Shown: positions 10,807 to 21,226, counted from the first letter of the stretch. The stretch: 21,958 bases of DNA from Ancylonema sp. (GCA_050230475.1 JBFLGF010000069.1:62001-83958), one strand, 5' to 3'. Notes: generated by a model from the sequence alone, not told the origin. Made by a program: numbers and translations.

Positions 10807-11047
10807 TTCTTTACAGGCGCAAAATCACTCCGTGCCGGTACCGTGGTATGTGCCTACATCGAAGACGATTTGGCGGGGAAAAGTCGGCACAAACGATTTT
10901 GATGCCTATACCGCGATTATGCCTACGACGAGCGTGCCTACAACGAGTATTTACATGAATAAATGAAGAACTCTCACGCATCCGTACAGAATTGTACCTC
11001 TCATTTCTGGTCTGTAGGGGCGTTTCTGCCGGAGACCCAGCCTGCAG

Positions 11048-11165
11048 GTATCCCTACGCACTTCAATGCAATATCTGCTCCTTTCCTGGTACCTCAGCAA
11101 TGCCAGACCGAACGCGCTCGTGTGATTTACAAATTCTGATACAAGAGTGATTATCGAAATTGTAG
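11048..11165 (+). other. Probable 5'-UTR intron of Nup98-96
   Basis: Donor CTGCAG|GTATCC, branch-like TTCTGAT near 11134, acceptor AAATTGTAG| 7 nt before the ATG. Confidence 0.55.
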
Positions 11166-11172
11166 TGATTCG

Positions 11173-14100
11173 ATGTTTGCGTCATCCAGCCGTAAGTTCT
11201 TTTTCAAACTTTTCCCTGATGTCAGTCACAACCTCTTGTCTGCTCATGAGATCAATGGACCTGAGTATGCGTTCTGCTGCTACCAGGCATAGTTTGATTT
11301 CAAATGTGTGTTACAGCCACTCTGGCTGCCGTGTACTTAGGATGTTTGTTCCGCTCCATGTACGTGCTAAGAGATAGTATGATTTTCAGGTGTTGTCTGC
11401 TTAAAGTTCCACCCCGTCCTGCAGCTATCGCTTCCTTTCATAATGCCATAAGCCTTCGTGAATTTCAATGCTTTGCGAACTACATTAGCCGCATGGGTCT
11501 TGCTGAATCTGCCCAATGTTGCAATTCCTTCCACATTCCTGTACGTACTCCATCAACTTACGTCTCTCCCTCTCCTCTCCTCTCCACTCCTCTCCTCCTC
11601 CTCCTTCAGCCTTTGGGGCATCCACATCCTCGCCTTTCGGCGCCCCTGCAGCAACCTCTCCTTTTGGAGCCCAGCCAAGCCCCTTTGGGGCGGCCCAGCC
11701 CGCCAATCCCAACCCTTTTGGCACCACCACACCTGCCTTTGGGAGCTCACCCTTTGGGCAGAGCGCTTCGGCTGGGGGCAGTTCGTTGTTCGGTGGGGGC
11801 ACGTCCACGGGAGTGTTTGGGAGCACGAGTCAGCCCGCGTTCGGGTCTGCAGCCACCCCATTTGGAGCGCAATCGGCGCCGGCATTCGGGTCGTCCTCTT
11901 CCCCTTTTGGAGGCGGTGAGGACATATACCTTTTTTATATTTGAAGGGGCTTGGGAGCTGTATTGCGCAATGCGGACTACGCTGTGACTACTGTCAACTG
12001 AGTCATGTGTTAGTCGGTCAGTCTGTTGGTTTGTCGGCCACCTTTAATACCTCCCATCCCGCCCATCCCTCCCTCTCACAGGAACGTCTGTCTTTGGCCA
12101 GCAGCCTCGCCCAGCCACCTCCACCTTCGGAGGTTTCGGAGGCCAGCAGCCCCAGCCCCAGACCCAGCCCCAGCAGCAGCAGCAGCAGGCAAACCCCTTT
12201 GGGCAGCAGCAAACGCAGTCAACGTTTGGAAACCCCAGTTTCGGGCAAACCCCCGCGTTCGGCCAGAGCCCCGCGCCCACCCCCGTGTTCGGGGCTGCGG
12301 CAGCCACTCCTGTGTTTGGGGGGGGGGGCAGCTCCACGCCTGCGTTTGGGGGCAGTGCGTTCGGAGGTCCGTCGACTCCCACCTTCGGAGCTCCGTCCAC
12401 ACCTGCGTTCGGAACCAGCAATGTCTTTGGAGGTACGTTTGGGTGTGATATATGTTGGTTACGATACATGTTGGTTAATATATTTTGGGCTCAGTATATG
12501 TTGAATATGGTACACTCTGGTCACAATATATGTTGGTTACAACAGATGTTGCTTACAATAGATGTTGGTCACAACATATGTTGGTTTTTGGAGGTGGGAA
12601 TTGATAGTCGAGGCTGGTACAGGTGCAGCATGTGTGTATATCTGTACACCTCTGAATCTGTGAGTGTATGCGTCTAGGTACGGCTCTGTATGTACAAATG
12701 TAGGTTCACATACACATGAACATGCAAACGTATGCATGTACACATCTAGAAGATGAATGTAAAGACTGGCCTACTCAACCTTCCACTTCCTCCCATGCAT
12801 TCCAACCCCCCCTTGAAACCCTGACGCAAACATATGTTCATAACATGTAATATTGTGTACATGTATAATATATAACATGAATGATGTAGAGTAATGTGTA
12901 ATAAATATGTATTTGTACATCAACATTCCTAAGCCCTCTCCTGCCCCACATCCACAGGTGCAACCTCACCCCCCCTTGCTTTCGGCACGTCTGCGTTTGG
13001 CGCCTCTCCTTTTGGAGCAGGGGGGGGGGGAGCTGCCAGGGCTGGCAGCCGAGCGGTGGCATACGCAGCGACCAACGACACGGAGTCGGGGTCGGGGGTG
13101 GGGGGGCAGATGGGCAAGTTTGTGACTCTAACCGCCATGGCGGCTTATAAGGGGAAGAGCGTGGAGGAGCTGAGGTGGGAGGACTACCAGGCAGGGGATA
13201 AAGGTGGGAAGAAAGGGAGAAACGGGAACAAGACTCAGTACTTGACAATCTCTTTTTTTTCCTCTTTTTTTTGGCATGTTGTTGTTTACTTTCTTGTTTT
13301 GTATGTCAGGTTGAATTTCATCATCATGCAGTACATGCCATTCCATTTTTCACGAAATTCCCGCCTTCATTCCAAAAACTGTCCCAACAATTGAACGTCA
13401 ATCCCACTTCCATTTCCGCCTCTGCAGGGGATCTAGCGCAGGGGTTGCAGGCGCCAGCTGGCAACATCTTCGGCCAACCACAGCAATCCACACCCAACCT
13501 GTTCGGCCAACAAACCCCAGCCTCTCCCTTTGGAGCCCCATCCGCTCCAGCCCCCAACCCCTTTGCTGCCTCCTCCACCCCCTCCCTATTTGGCACATCC
13601 ACATCCGCTTTCGGTCAGCAGTCTTCCCCTGCATTCGGAGCTCCCCAGTCAACCCCTGTATTTGGTCAAACCCCATCCCCCTCCCCCTTCGGAGCTTCCT
13701 CCAGCCCCATGTTTGGGCAGACCAGTACGTCTGTATTTGGTCAAACCCAAGCCCCAGCTTTCGGCCAGCCCTCAACCCCAGCCTTTGGTCAAACCACTAC
13801 CCCAGCCTTCGGTCAAGCCAGCTCAGCCCCCGCATTCGGATTCGGTCAAACCACCCCTTCCCTTTTCGGCCAGCCCTCCCAGCCAGCCCTGGGGGGGGGC
13901 TCCCTCTTTGGGGCGACCACATCCGCACAACCACCCCCGCCTTTGGAGCCCCTCAGAGCACTCCTGCGTTTGGGGCTGGGGGGCTGTTTGGAAACACGTC
14001 ACCAGCACAAGGGTCGACCTCCGCGTTTGGGGGGTTTGGAGCCTCTTCCACTCCCGCGTTCGGGCAAACAGGGTCCGCTTTTGGAAGCAGCTTGTTCGGG

Positions 14101-17100
14101 GGGCTTGGGCAGAGCCAGACGAGACCTGCGGGACTGACGCAGTCTACGGTGAGTGGGAGTGGGCGGCTGCAGGCGGGAGAGGGGGGTGATCTGGGACACA
14201 GCTGGAAATGGAAAGGGTTTTTAGAATGTAGGGTTTGGGGTTTTAGGGTTTGGGGTTTATGGCTATGATGCAGCAGTCAGGTTGAGCAACCGATATTCTG
14301 AGGTTTCCATGTTGTGCTCCTATGACATCCGGAGGTCATGATGACATATGACCTGACAGGTCGCATGTTGGCATTGGTTGGGTGGGTCAGACCACTCCTG
14401 CGTTCGGCGGTTTCGGAGCTCCCAGCTCTGCGGCAAGTGGGAGCGCGTTCAGTTTTGGGGGATTTGGAGCGTCTCAGCCAAGTGAGTGGTGCTTCCTTTT
14501 GGGCTGGTGCACTTTTTGGCAGCCAATGTAGAACAAATGACAGCGCCACCCATTCATCCATCCTTCCGGTGTCACTCCTTTTCTCATTGTTTGAGCATCC
14601 ATTGTTGTATCTACTCAGAGGAGGGGTGCGAGGGAGAGGCTTGTTCTGAACGTGTGTGTGTATTCCAGGTCAACCCTCGAGCCTGTTTGGGTCAACGCCA
14701 GCATTCACATCACCCTCCATGCCTGGGTTCGGAGGAAGCAGCTTTGGGATGTACGTACCTACCAACCCCTCTATTCTGATCGCCCTGTATACCCTTACGG
14801 GATACAAGGGTAACACGTGACTGAAACCCATTCATTCCGGGTCAAGTGGGCAAGAAGAGCGTTACACCTGGGAAGTGGTGCGTCTGCGGACCACACAATT
14901 AAAGGTGTATCGATTTCAAACAACAGAGAAACTAGAGGCCCTCTCTGACCGGAACTGGGTATCGATACTCGGCCCTTCTGTGTGCAGGCAACCACGCCAG
15001 CAGCAGCAGCAGCTCCTCTCCCAGCCGCTGTCCAACCCGTTTGGGGTGCTGCCCCCCATCACCCAAATCAACCTGGCCAGGTCTCCACAGACTGGTATCG
15101 CTAGCTTGCCGGTACCCCACCACCCGCCACCCTTCCTTATTCTGGACCTCCCATCCCCCCTTCTCTGAAACCAATCCTGGAGATTCTTCTGAGTCCGTCT
15201 GGGGTTTGGGGTTCAGGCTGTGGAGAGCGCCCCTGTGGGTACCACCAGTCTCCTCACCCCGCGCCTCATCGCCCCCCGCACACGCGTCCGCCTGCAGCCC
15301 AGGAGGTACCACCCCAAAAAGGATGCGCCCAAGGTACAGCTGGGGGGGGGGGGCGAAAGAGGCTGGGAGGGGCTGGGTTCTGGTGGGCACAGAAGGGCTG
15401 CGATTGGTTCTCGCTGAATGCCGTAAATGTTTTTTTTGTTGAAATTTGGATTTTATCGGAACTTGGGACTCTGTGGGCATGCCAGGTGGCATCCTCTCTA
15501 GAAGCCAAGTGGCAAATATATACACACACATATGATCTCCTTACACACACACATGCACATACACACACAAATACATATGTGTATATATATATATGATTGT
15601 ATGAGCGCATGTACTTGTGTTTGCACTAAGATGCATATAAACAAACTGGCATGGCCATCCATGCACACACCACAAATCATGTCTAGGCACACACACGCTC
15701 ACATGTGTTTACAAATAATTTTATTTACTCATGTATGCATGCATACATACATGTAAACATGAAAACATACATACAGACATACTCGCGCATACATGCTCAT
15801 CATGTACTTTAGATGCATACACACATGCGTGCTCCATGTGAAGGTGGCGTTTTGGGGTTTATGGGGTGTCTTCGGAACTTGCCAGGTGTCCTTCCTCAGT
15901 GATCTGGAGGAATCCCAAACCATTTTTCGCCCTGACCTCGTCTTCACCCCGAGGGAAAACCCACGAGCTCGTCTCATTCGTCCCCTGGAAGCCCCCAAGA
16001 GCCCCATGCCAGCGCTGCCTCCTCCTGGGGTGCGGGAGACGGAGCCACCTGTCACCAATGGTAGGCAGACCGTTGTGCTCACACCGGGACAGGGGGGGTC
16101 ATCTGAGTGGCCCAAAAGCCCACTTTCTGTAAAAATAGAACACGCTTTTCCTATATTTTGTGAATTTGATATCGGTGAATGTGTGATCATCTACTTTCCT
16201 GGAAGCCTTCCTCCTAAAACATCCAACCCACCAACCCACCAACCCACCCACCGACAAATCAATCGTCCTTCCAATGAGTCCGATCAGTCCGAGAGGGATG
16301 GGCGGCAGGCAGTGGGCACTCAAACGAAGGCAACAAGGGAGGCGCAGTCGAGCACAGGGCCAAAGATGACGCAGGAGGTGAGCTACCACCCTCCCCTGCT
16401 CCCCAGCTGGTTGTGGGCACAGGGTAGGGTTTCATGGTCGACCTCACCCACCCCCTCCCCCCTCTCCCATCCCTTTGTCCCTGACAGCACCAGTGTCGCC
16501 ACCCGCTCCAAAACCTTCTGCGCCACCTGTCACCTCCCCTCCTCCGCCACCTGTGTCCCCAGGACAGGGGCAGAGCCGGGGGGGGGAGGGGTATAAGGCC
16601 ATATCGCCCCACCGGGCAGGTGACGTGGCCATCTCATTCGAGCACGGGGCAGAGATCGAGTCCATTATGCCCAAACTCAGAAGCGACGACTACTACACAG
16701 AGCCGAAGATCGCTGAGCTGGCGGCGCGGGAGAGGTCGGAAGCCGGGTACTGTAGGCGAGTGAAGGAGTTCACAGTGGGGCGGCGGTTGTATGGGAGAGT
16801 GAAGTGGGCGGGGGAGACGGATGTGAGGAAGGTGGACCTGGAGTCGATCGTGCAGTTCAACCGCTGCGAGGTGCTGGTGTACATGGACGAGGCGAAGAAA
16901 CCGGGGGTGGGGCTGGGGCTGAACAAGGCCGCGGAAGTCACCCTCATGAACGTGAAGCTCTTCGACAAACAACTAGGGTTTCAGGTGAGCAAGGGCGCGA
17001 GAGGGTTAGGGTTCCGGGTTTAGGGTTTTGGAGCTTTTGCGCTGAAGCGGGTGGGCGGATTCCAGTTGGGAGTCGGAGGGGGGGGTGGTGGAGCAATGCT

Positions 17101-19371
17101 GGGTTGGAGAAGGTTCCGGGATGCTTCCGATGGTCAGGATTTCAGGCAGTCTGGTTTTGGGTTTCGCAGGTCACAGACCCCGCTCAAGTGGAGCGGTTCA
17201 AAGCCAAGCTGGTCCGCAAAACGACAGAACAAGGGGCTCGGTTTGTGTCATATGACGCGGAGAAGGGGGAGTGGACGTTCGAAGTGGACCATTTCAGCCG
17301 ATACGGGCTGGATGACGAATCCGATACGGAGGACACTGTGGCTGGAGGGGGTGAGGGGGCACCTCTGAGTATGGTGATGGTGCCAGCTGGAAGGCAGAGG
17401 GGGATCGCACAGCTGGCAAGGGGGAGGGCTGGGGATGCGTACATGGGAGGGGAAGGGGGGGGGGAGGAGGGGGGGGATGGGGATGGGGAGGGGGAGGAGG
17501 AGGAAGGGTGGGAGGGGGCGGAGGAGGGTTACAGTGAGCTGCTTCACTCGTTGCCAGCTCAGCGGAGGTTGGATCCCGTGAAAATGCGTCAGATGCGGCA
17601 AGCCCTGTTCCCGTCCGGAGAGGAGGATGAAGACTACATGGCCGAGGATGGGCTGACTGCCTGGAAAGGAGAGGGGAAGAGCTTGCTGCTGAAAGCACCT
17701 GGCAGGCCTGTGTCAGGTGTGGGGGGGACAGCTGGGAAGAAGGGGGTCGGAAGGTTCCTTCCTGCCACCTGGCAGAAGGAGCCCAAGGGGGCGTCTAAAT
17801 TCGAAGCAGAGCCACGGGCGATGCTAAGTCTTATGCCGAAACTGACATTGGGGGGGGGGTCTGGTCCTCGCCTCCTATTGGCCGGATTTCAGGGACCCAG
17901 TCGGGACGGCACGACAGCCGTGGGGAGGTCAGATCACGTCACAGATGCCGCCTTGTTTCTGGGGCAATCGTTTCGAGTGGGGTGGGGTCCCGGGGGTGTT
18001 CTCGTTCACGCAGGCAAGCCCAGTGGCAGGGTGACAGGGACAGCAGGGGGCCTCACCTCCAACCTCTGTGTGGAGCGAGTCGGGTTGGATGAGTGCTGCA
18101 GGAACGCGGAGGGGAAGGTGATGCAGACGTATCTGACAGGGCCCCTGCAGCTGCACATGAAGTTTAGTGTGGGGAGGATGGAGGAGGAGGAGGAGGAGGA
18201 GGAGGAGGAGGGAGAGGGTGGGGGTGGGGGTGGGGGCAGCAGGGGGGGGCTCTGGAGCTCCGCGTCCAAAGGGCTCACATTGCGCCACATGGCAGTGAGT
18301 CAGGAGGAGGTGCCGGAAGTGTGTGAGGAGTATGCGGCATTGGCTGAGGGCGAAGGGGAGGGGGGGAAGGAAAGGCATGCAGGGATGGTGTGGGACCTCA
18401 CAAGCATTCTGTTTGGGGAGGACCAGAAGGTACAGGAGGATGAGGAGGAGGAGGAGGAGGAGGAGAGGGAGGAGGAGAGGGAGGAGAGGGAGGAGGAGGA
18501 GGGTGGGGGGGCACAGGGAATGGAGGAGGGAGAGGGAGGAGGAATGCAGCAAGAATGGGATGAGGGGGAGGAGGAGGAGGAGGAGGAGGCAATGGGGGAG
18601 GGGGCTTTGGTTGCCGCTGTGGAGAAGAGGGGGGGCTGGGTGGGAGGTTTGGAGGAGGAGGCGAAGCAGTATCTGCGACGGGCAGAATTCAGTCGGTGGT
18701 TGCAGCGCTACGTGGCAGAAACGGTGGCGGCAGAAGTGGAGGGGATGGGTGGGGATGGGGCGGGGCTAGACGCCATCTTTGCGTGCATGACAGGACGCCA
18801 GCTGGACGCCTCTGTTGAAAAAGCAATGATGAGGGGGGATGTGCGGCTGGCCACGATGCTCAGTGGGGCGGGTGGGAGCATGGAGGTGAGGGGGGATATG
18901 GCACAACAGGTGGCAGTCTGGGAAGGGTCGGTTCCCGAGGGGCTCATAGAAATCGACAGGCTGGCGGTATGCACTCTGCTGGGGGGCGATGTGGAGGGGG
19001 CGATCAGGAAGCGGTGGGGAAGTGGGGAGGGGGGGGGAGGGGGGGTGGACTGGAAGCGGTACCTGGGAATGCTCCTCTGGTATGAGATGCCTCCAAACAC
19101 ACCCCTCCCCAACCTCTTTGCCTACTATGCGGATCAGGTAGATGCTCACGTGGCGCCGCCACCTATCCCTCTGTACGTGGAGGAGGGTGGGGAGGCGGTG
19201 AGTGGGGATACTGCCTATGACACCGTCTACCACCTCATGCTCATGCATGTGTGGGAAGCTGCGAGGAAGGTTCCAGGGGAGGGGGAGGTGGCAAAGGCTC
19301 TTCGGAGCGCGTCGTCTACGAGGGATTGGTTGGATGGCAGCATGGCGTGGCACCTGCACCAGCTGCTGCAG
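11173..19371 (+). CDS. NUP98: Nuclear pore complex protein Nup98-Nup96 precursor (13 coding exons visible; 3' end missing; 1-nt frameshift in exon 5)
   Basis: Exons 11173-11191, 11610-11915, 12082-12432, 12958-13203, 13428-14148, 14391-14481, 14669-14750, 14988-15111, 15217-15333, 15886-16060, 16288-16377, 16488-16984, 17170-19371. All junctions are GT-AG with matching phases. Protein: MFASSSPFG..., dense FG repeats, GLEBS, plant-type SNPFGVLP / TSLLTPR...[11 protein letters not shown] / [14 protein letters not shown] motifs, autopeptidase domain, HFSRYGL, then Nup96. About 982 aa Nup98 (if one base is restored) plus 692 aa Nup96 visible. Confidence 0.93.
11610..12432 (+). CDS. NUP98: Nup98 exons 2-3 (N-terminal FG-repeat region; intron 11916-12081)
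   Basis: SPFG/PAFG/SVFG repeats. Acceptors CCTCCTTCAG| and CTCTCACAG|; donors |GTGAGG and |GTACGT. Confidence 0.88.
12447..12586 (+). repeat. Degenerate ~16-bp minisatellite (consensus ~ATATATGTTGGTTACA, ~9 units) in Nup98 intron 3
   Basis: Units such as gatatatgttggttac, atatatgttggttaca, acagatgttgcttaca, atagatgttggtcaca, acatatgttggtt. Confidence 0.8.
12958..13203 (+). CDS. NUP98: Nup98 exon 4, GLEBS (Rae1/Gle2-binding) motif
   Basis: [14 protein letters not shown]...[31 protein letters not shown] matches the canonical GLEBS pattern (I.AM..Y..KS.EELR.EDY). Confidence 0.93.
13428..14148 (+). CDS. NUP98: Nup98 exon 5 (FG repeats) with frameshift near 13930
   Basis: FG frame runs 13428-13930. 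FG repeats resume in another frame from 13930 ([21 protein letters not shown]...) to the donor ACG|GTGAGT at 14149. Confidence 0.85.
14215..14262 (+). repeat. Degenerate plant-telomere-like (TTTAGGG/TTTGGGG) tract in an intron
   Basis: gggtttttagaatgtagggtttggggttttagggtttggggtttatgg; exact TTTAGGG at 14242-14248. Confidence 0.7.
15515..15830. repeat. Intronic (CA)n/(TA)n/(CATA)n low-complexity purine-pyrimidine tract
   Basis: tatatacacacaca, acacacacacatgcacatacacacaca, gtatatatatatat, catacatacat. Confidence 0.8.
16488..17298 (+). CDS. NUP98: Nup98 autoproteolytic (Nucleoporin2/peptidase S59) domain, exon 12 and start of exon 13; HF/S cleavage between 17295 and 17296
   Basis: [13 protein letters not shown]..., [58 protein letters not shown]; intron 16985-17169. 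Confidence 0.95.
17002..17031 (+). repeat. Degenerate telomere-like tract in an intron
   Basis: agggttagggttccgggtttagggttttgg; TTTAGGG at 17019-17025. Confidence 0.7.
17296..19371 (+). CDS. NUP96: Nup96 moiety of the precursor (N-terminal 692 aa)
   Basis: [87 protein letters not shown]. Ends at donor CAG|GTGGGT. Confidence 0.93.
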
Positions 19372-19474
19372 GTGGGTGGGGGGGTGGGGGGGGTGGACTG
19401 AGGATGTTGGACAAAAAAACCCCCCCCCCAAAAAAAAAAAAAAAGTAAAAAAAAAGTCAGAGATGTGATATGTG

Positions 19475-21226
19475 GAGGGGGCGCCTCTGAGTATGGCGAT
19501 GGTGCCAGCTGGAGGGCAGAGGGGGATCGCACAGCTGGCAAGGGGGAGGGCTGGGGATGCGTACATGGCGGGGGAAGGGGGGGGGGAGGCGGGGGGGGAG
19601 GGGGATGGGGAGGGGGAGGAGGAGGAAGGGTGGGAGGGGGCAGAGGAGGGTTACAGTGAGCTGCTTCACTCGTTGCCGGCTCAGCGGAGGCTGGATCCCG
19701 TGAAAATGCGTCAGATGCGGCAAGCGCTGTTCCCGTCGGGTGAGGAGGATGAAGACTACATGGCTGAGGATGGGCTGACTGCCTGGAAAGGAGAGGGGAA
19801 GAGCTTGCTGCTGAAAGCACCTGGCAGGCCTGTGTCAGGCGGGGGGGGGGCGGCTGGGAAGGGGGTCGGAAGGTTCCTTCCTACCACCTGGCAGAAGGAG
19901 GCCAAGGTGGCGGCCAAATTCGAAGCAGAACCACGAGCGATGCTGAGTCTGATGCCGAAACTGACATTGGGGGGGGGGTCTGGTCCTCGCCTCCTATTGG
20001 CCGGATTCCAGGGACCCAGTCGGGAGAGCACGACAGCAGTGGGGCGGTCAGATCACGTTACAGATGCCGCCTTGTTTTTGGGGCAGTCGTTTCGAGTGGG
20101 GTGGGGTCCCGGGGGTGTCCTCGTGCACGCGGGCAGGCCTGGGGGCAAGCCTGGGATGGCAGGGGGGCTCTCCTCCACCCTCTGTGTGGAGCGAGTCGGG
20201 TTGGATGAGTGCTGCAGGAACGCGGAGGGGAAGGTGGTGCAGGCGTATCTCACACGGCCCCTGCAGCTGCACATGAAGTTTAGTGTGGGGAAGACGGAGG
20301 AGGAGGAGGAGGAGGAGGAGGAGGAGGGAGAGGGTGGGGGGGCAGGGGGCGGGGGGGGATTCTGGAGCTCTGTGCCCAAAGGGCTCACATTGCGCCACAT
20401 GGCAGTGAGTCAGGAGGAGGTGCCGGAAGTGTGTGAGGAGTATGCTGCATTGGCTGAGGGCGATGGGGAGGGGGGGAGGGAAAGGCATGCGAGGATGGTG
20501 TGGGACCTCACAAGCATTCTGTTTGGGGAGGACCAGAAGGTACAGGAGGAGGAGGAGGAGGAGGAGGAGGAGAGGGAGGAAAGGGAGGAGGAGGAGGGGG
20601 GGGGGGCACAGGGAATGGAGGAGGGAGAGGGAGGAGGAATGCTGCAAGAATGGGAGGAGGGGGAGGAGGAGGAGGAGGCAATGGGGGAGGGGGCTGTGGT
20701 TGCAGCTGTGGAGAGGAGGGGGGGGGCGGTGGGGGGTCTGGACGAGGAGGCGAAGCAGTATCTGCGACGGGCAGAGTTCAGTCGGTGGGTGCAGCGCTAC
20801 GTGGCAGAAACAGTGGCGGCAGAAGTGGAGGGGATGGGTGGGGATGGAGTGGGGCTAGACGCCATCTTCGCGTGCATGACAGGACGCCAGCTGGACGCAT
20901 CGGTGGAAAAAGCAATGATGAGGGGGGATGTGCGGCTGGCCACGATGCTCAGTGGGGCGGGTGGGAGCATGGAGGTGAGGGGGGACATGGCGCGACAGGT
21001 GGCAGTCTGGGAGGGGTCGGTGCCTGAGGGGCTCATAGAGAGCGACAGGCTGGCGGTATGCAGTCTGCTGGGGGCCGATGTGGGGGGGGCGATCAGGAAG
21101 CGGGGGGGAGGGGGGGTGGACTGGAAACGGTACCTGGGGATGCTCCTCTGGTATCAGATGCCGCCAAACACACCCCTCCCCAACCTCTTTGCCTACTATG
21201 CGGATCAGGTGGATGCGCACGTGGCG
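19475..21226 (+). CDS. NUP96: Second, diverged partial copy of the Nup96 exon (paralog or allele fragment; no HFS site, no in-frame splice acceptor found, ends at N)
   Basis: Collinear with 17353-19155. Many substitutions and only frame-preserving indels; open reading frame throughout (ORF 19472..21253). Confidence 0.85.

Larger units (their letters stand above)
9933..10954. mobile_element. Non-autonomous TIR element (MITE), pogo/Tigger-like, outer copy
   Basis: TIRs GTAAATACTCGTTATGGGCAC (9935-9955) and GTGCCTACAACGAGTATTTAC (10934-10954) match at 19/21 when inverted. Multiple subterminal CGTTATAGGCAC-like motifs; no transposase ORF. Confidence 0.75.

Noticed and set aside
11304..11609. ORF-track starts at 11304/11458/11516 as the Nup98 start
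   Set aside because: Intronic; ATG 11173 with a C|GTAAGT donor yields the expected MFASSSPFG N-terminus in the correct phase.
13920..13945. Programmed ribosomal frameshift or micro-intron explaining the exon-5 shift
   Set aside because: No canonical X XXY YYZ slippery heptamer in frame and no GT..AG pair at the site; a sequencing error or mutation is simpler.
16804..17169. N-terminal part of the 865-aa ORF
   Set aside because: Out-of-frame overlap with exon 12 plus intron 16985-17169; real coding in that frame starts at 17170.
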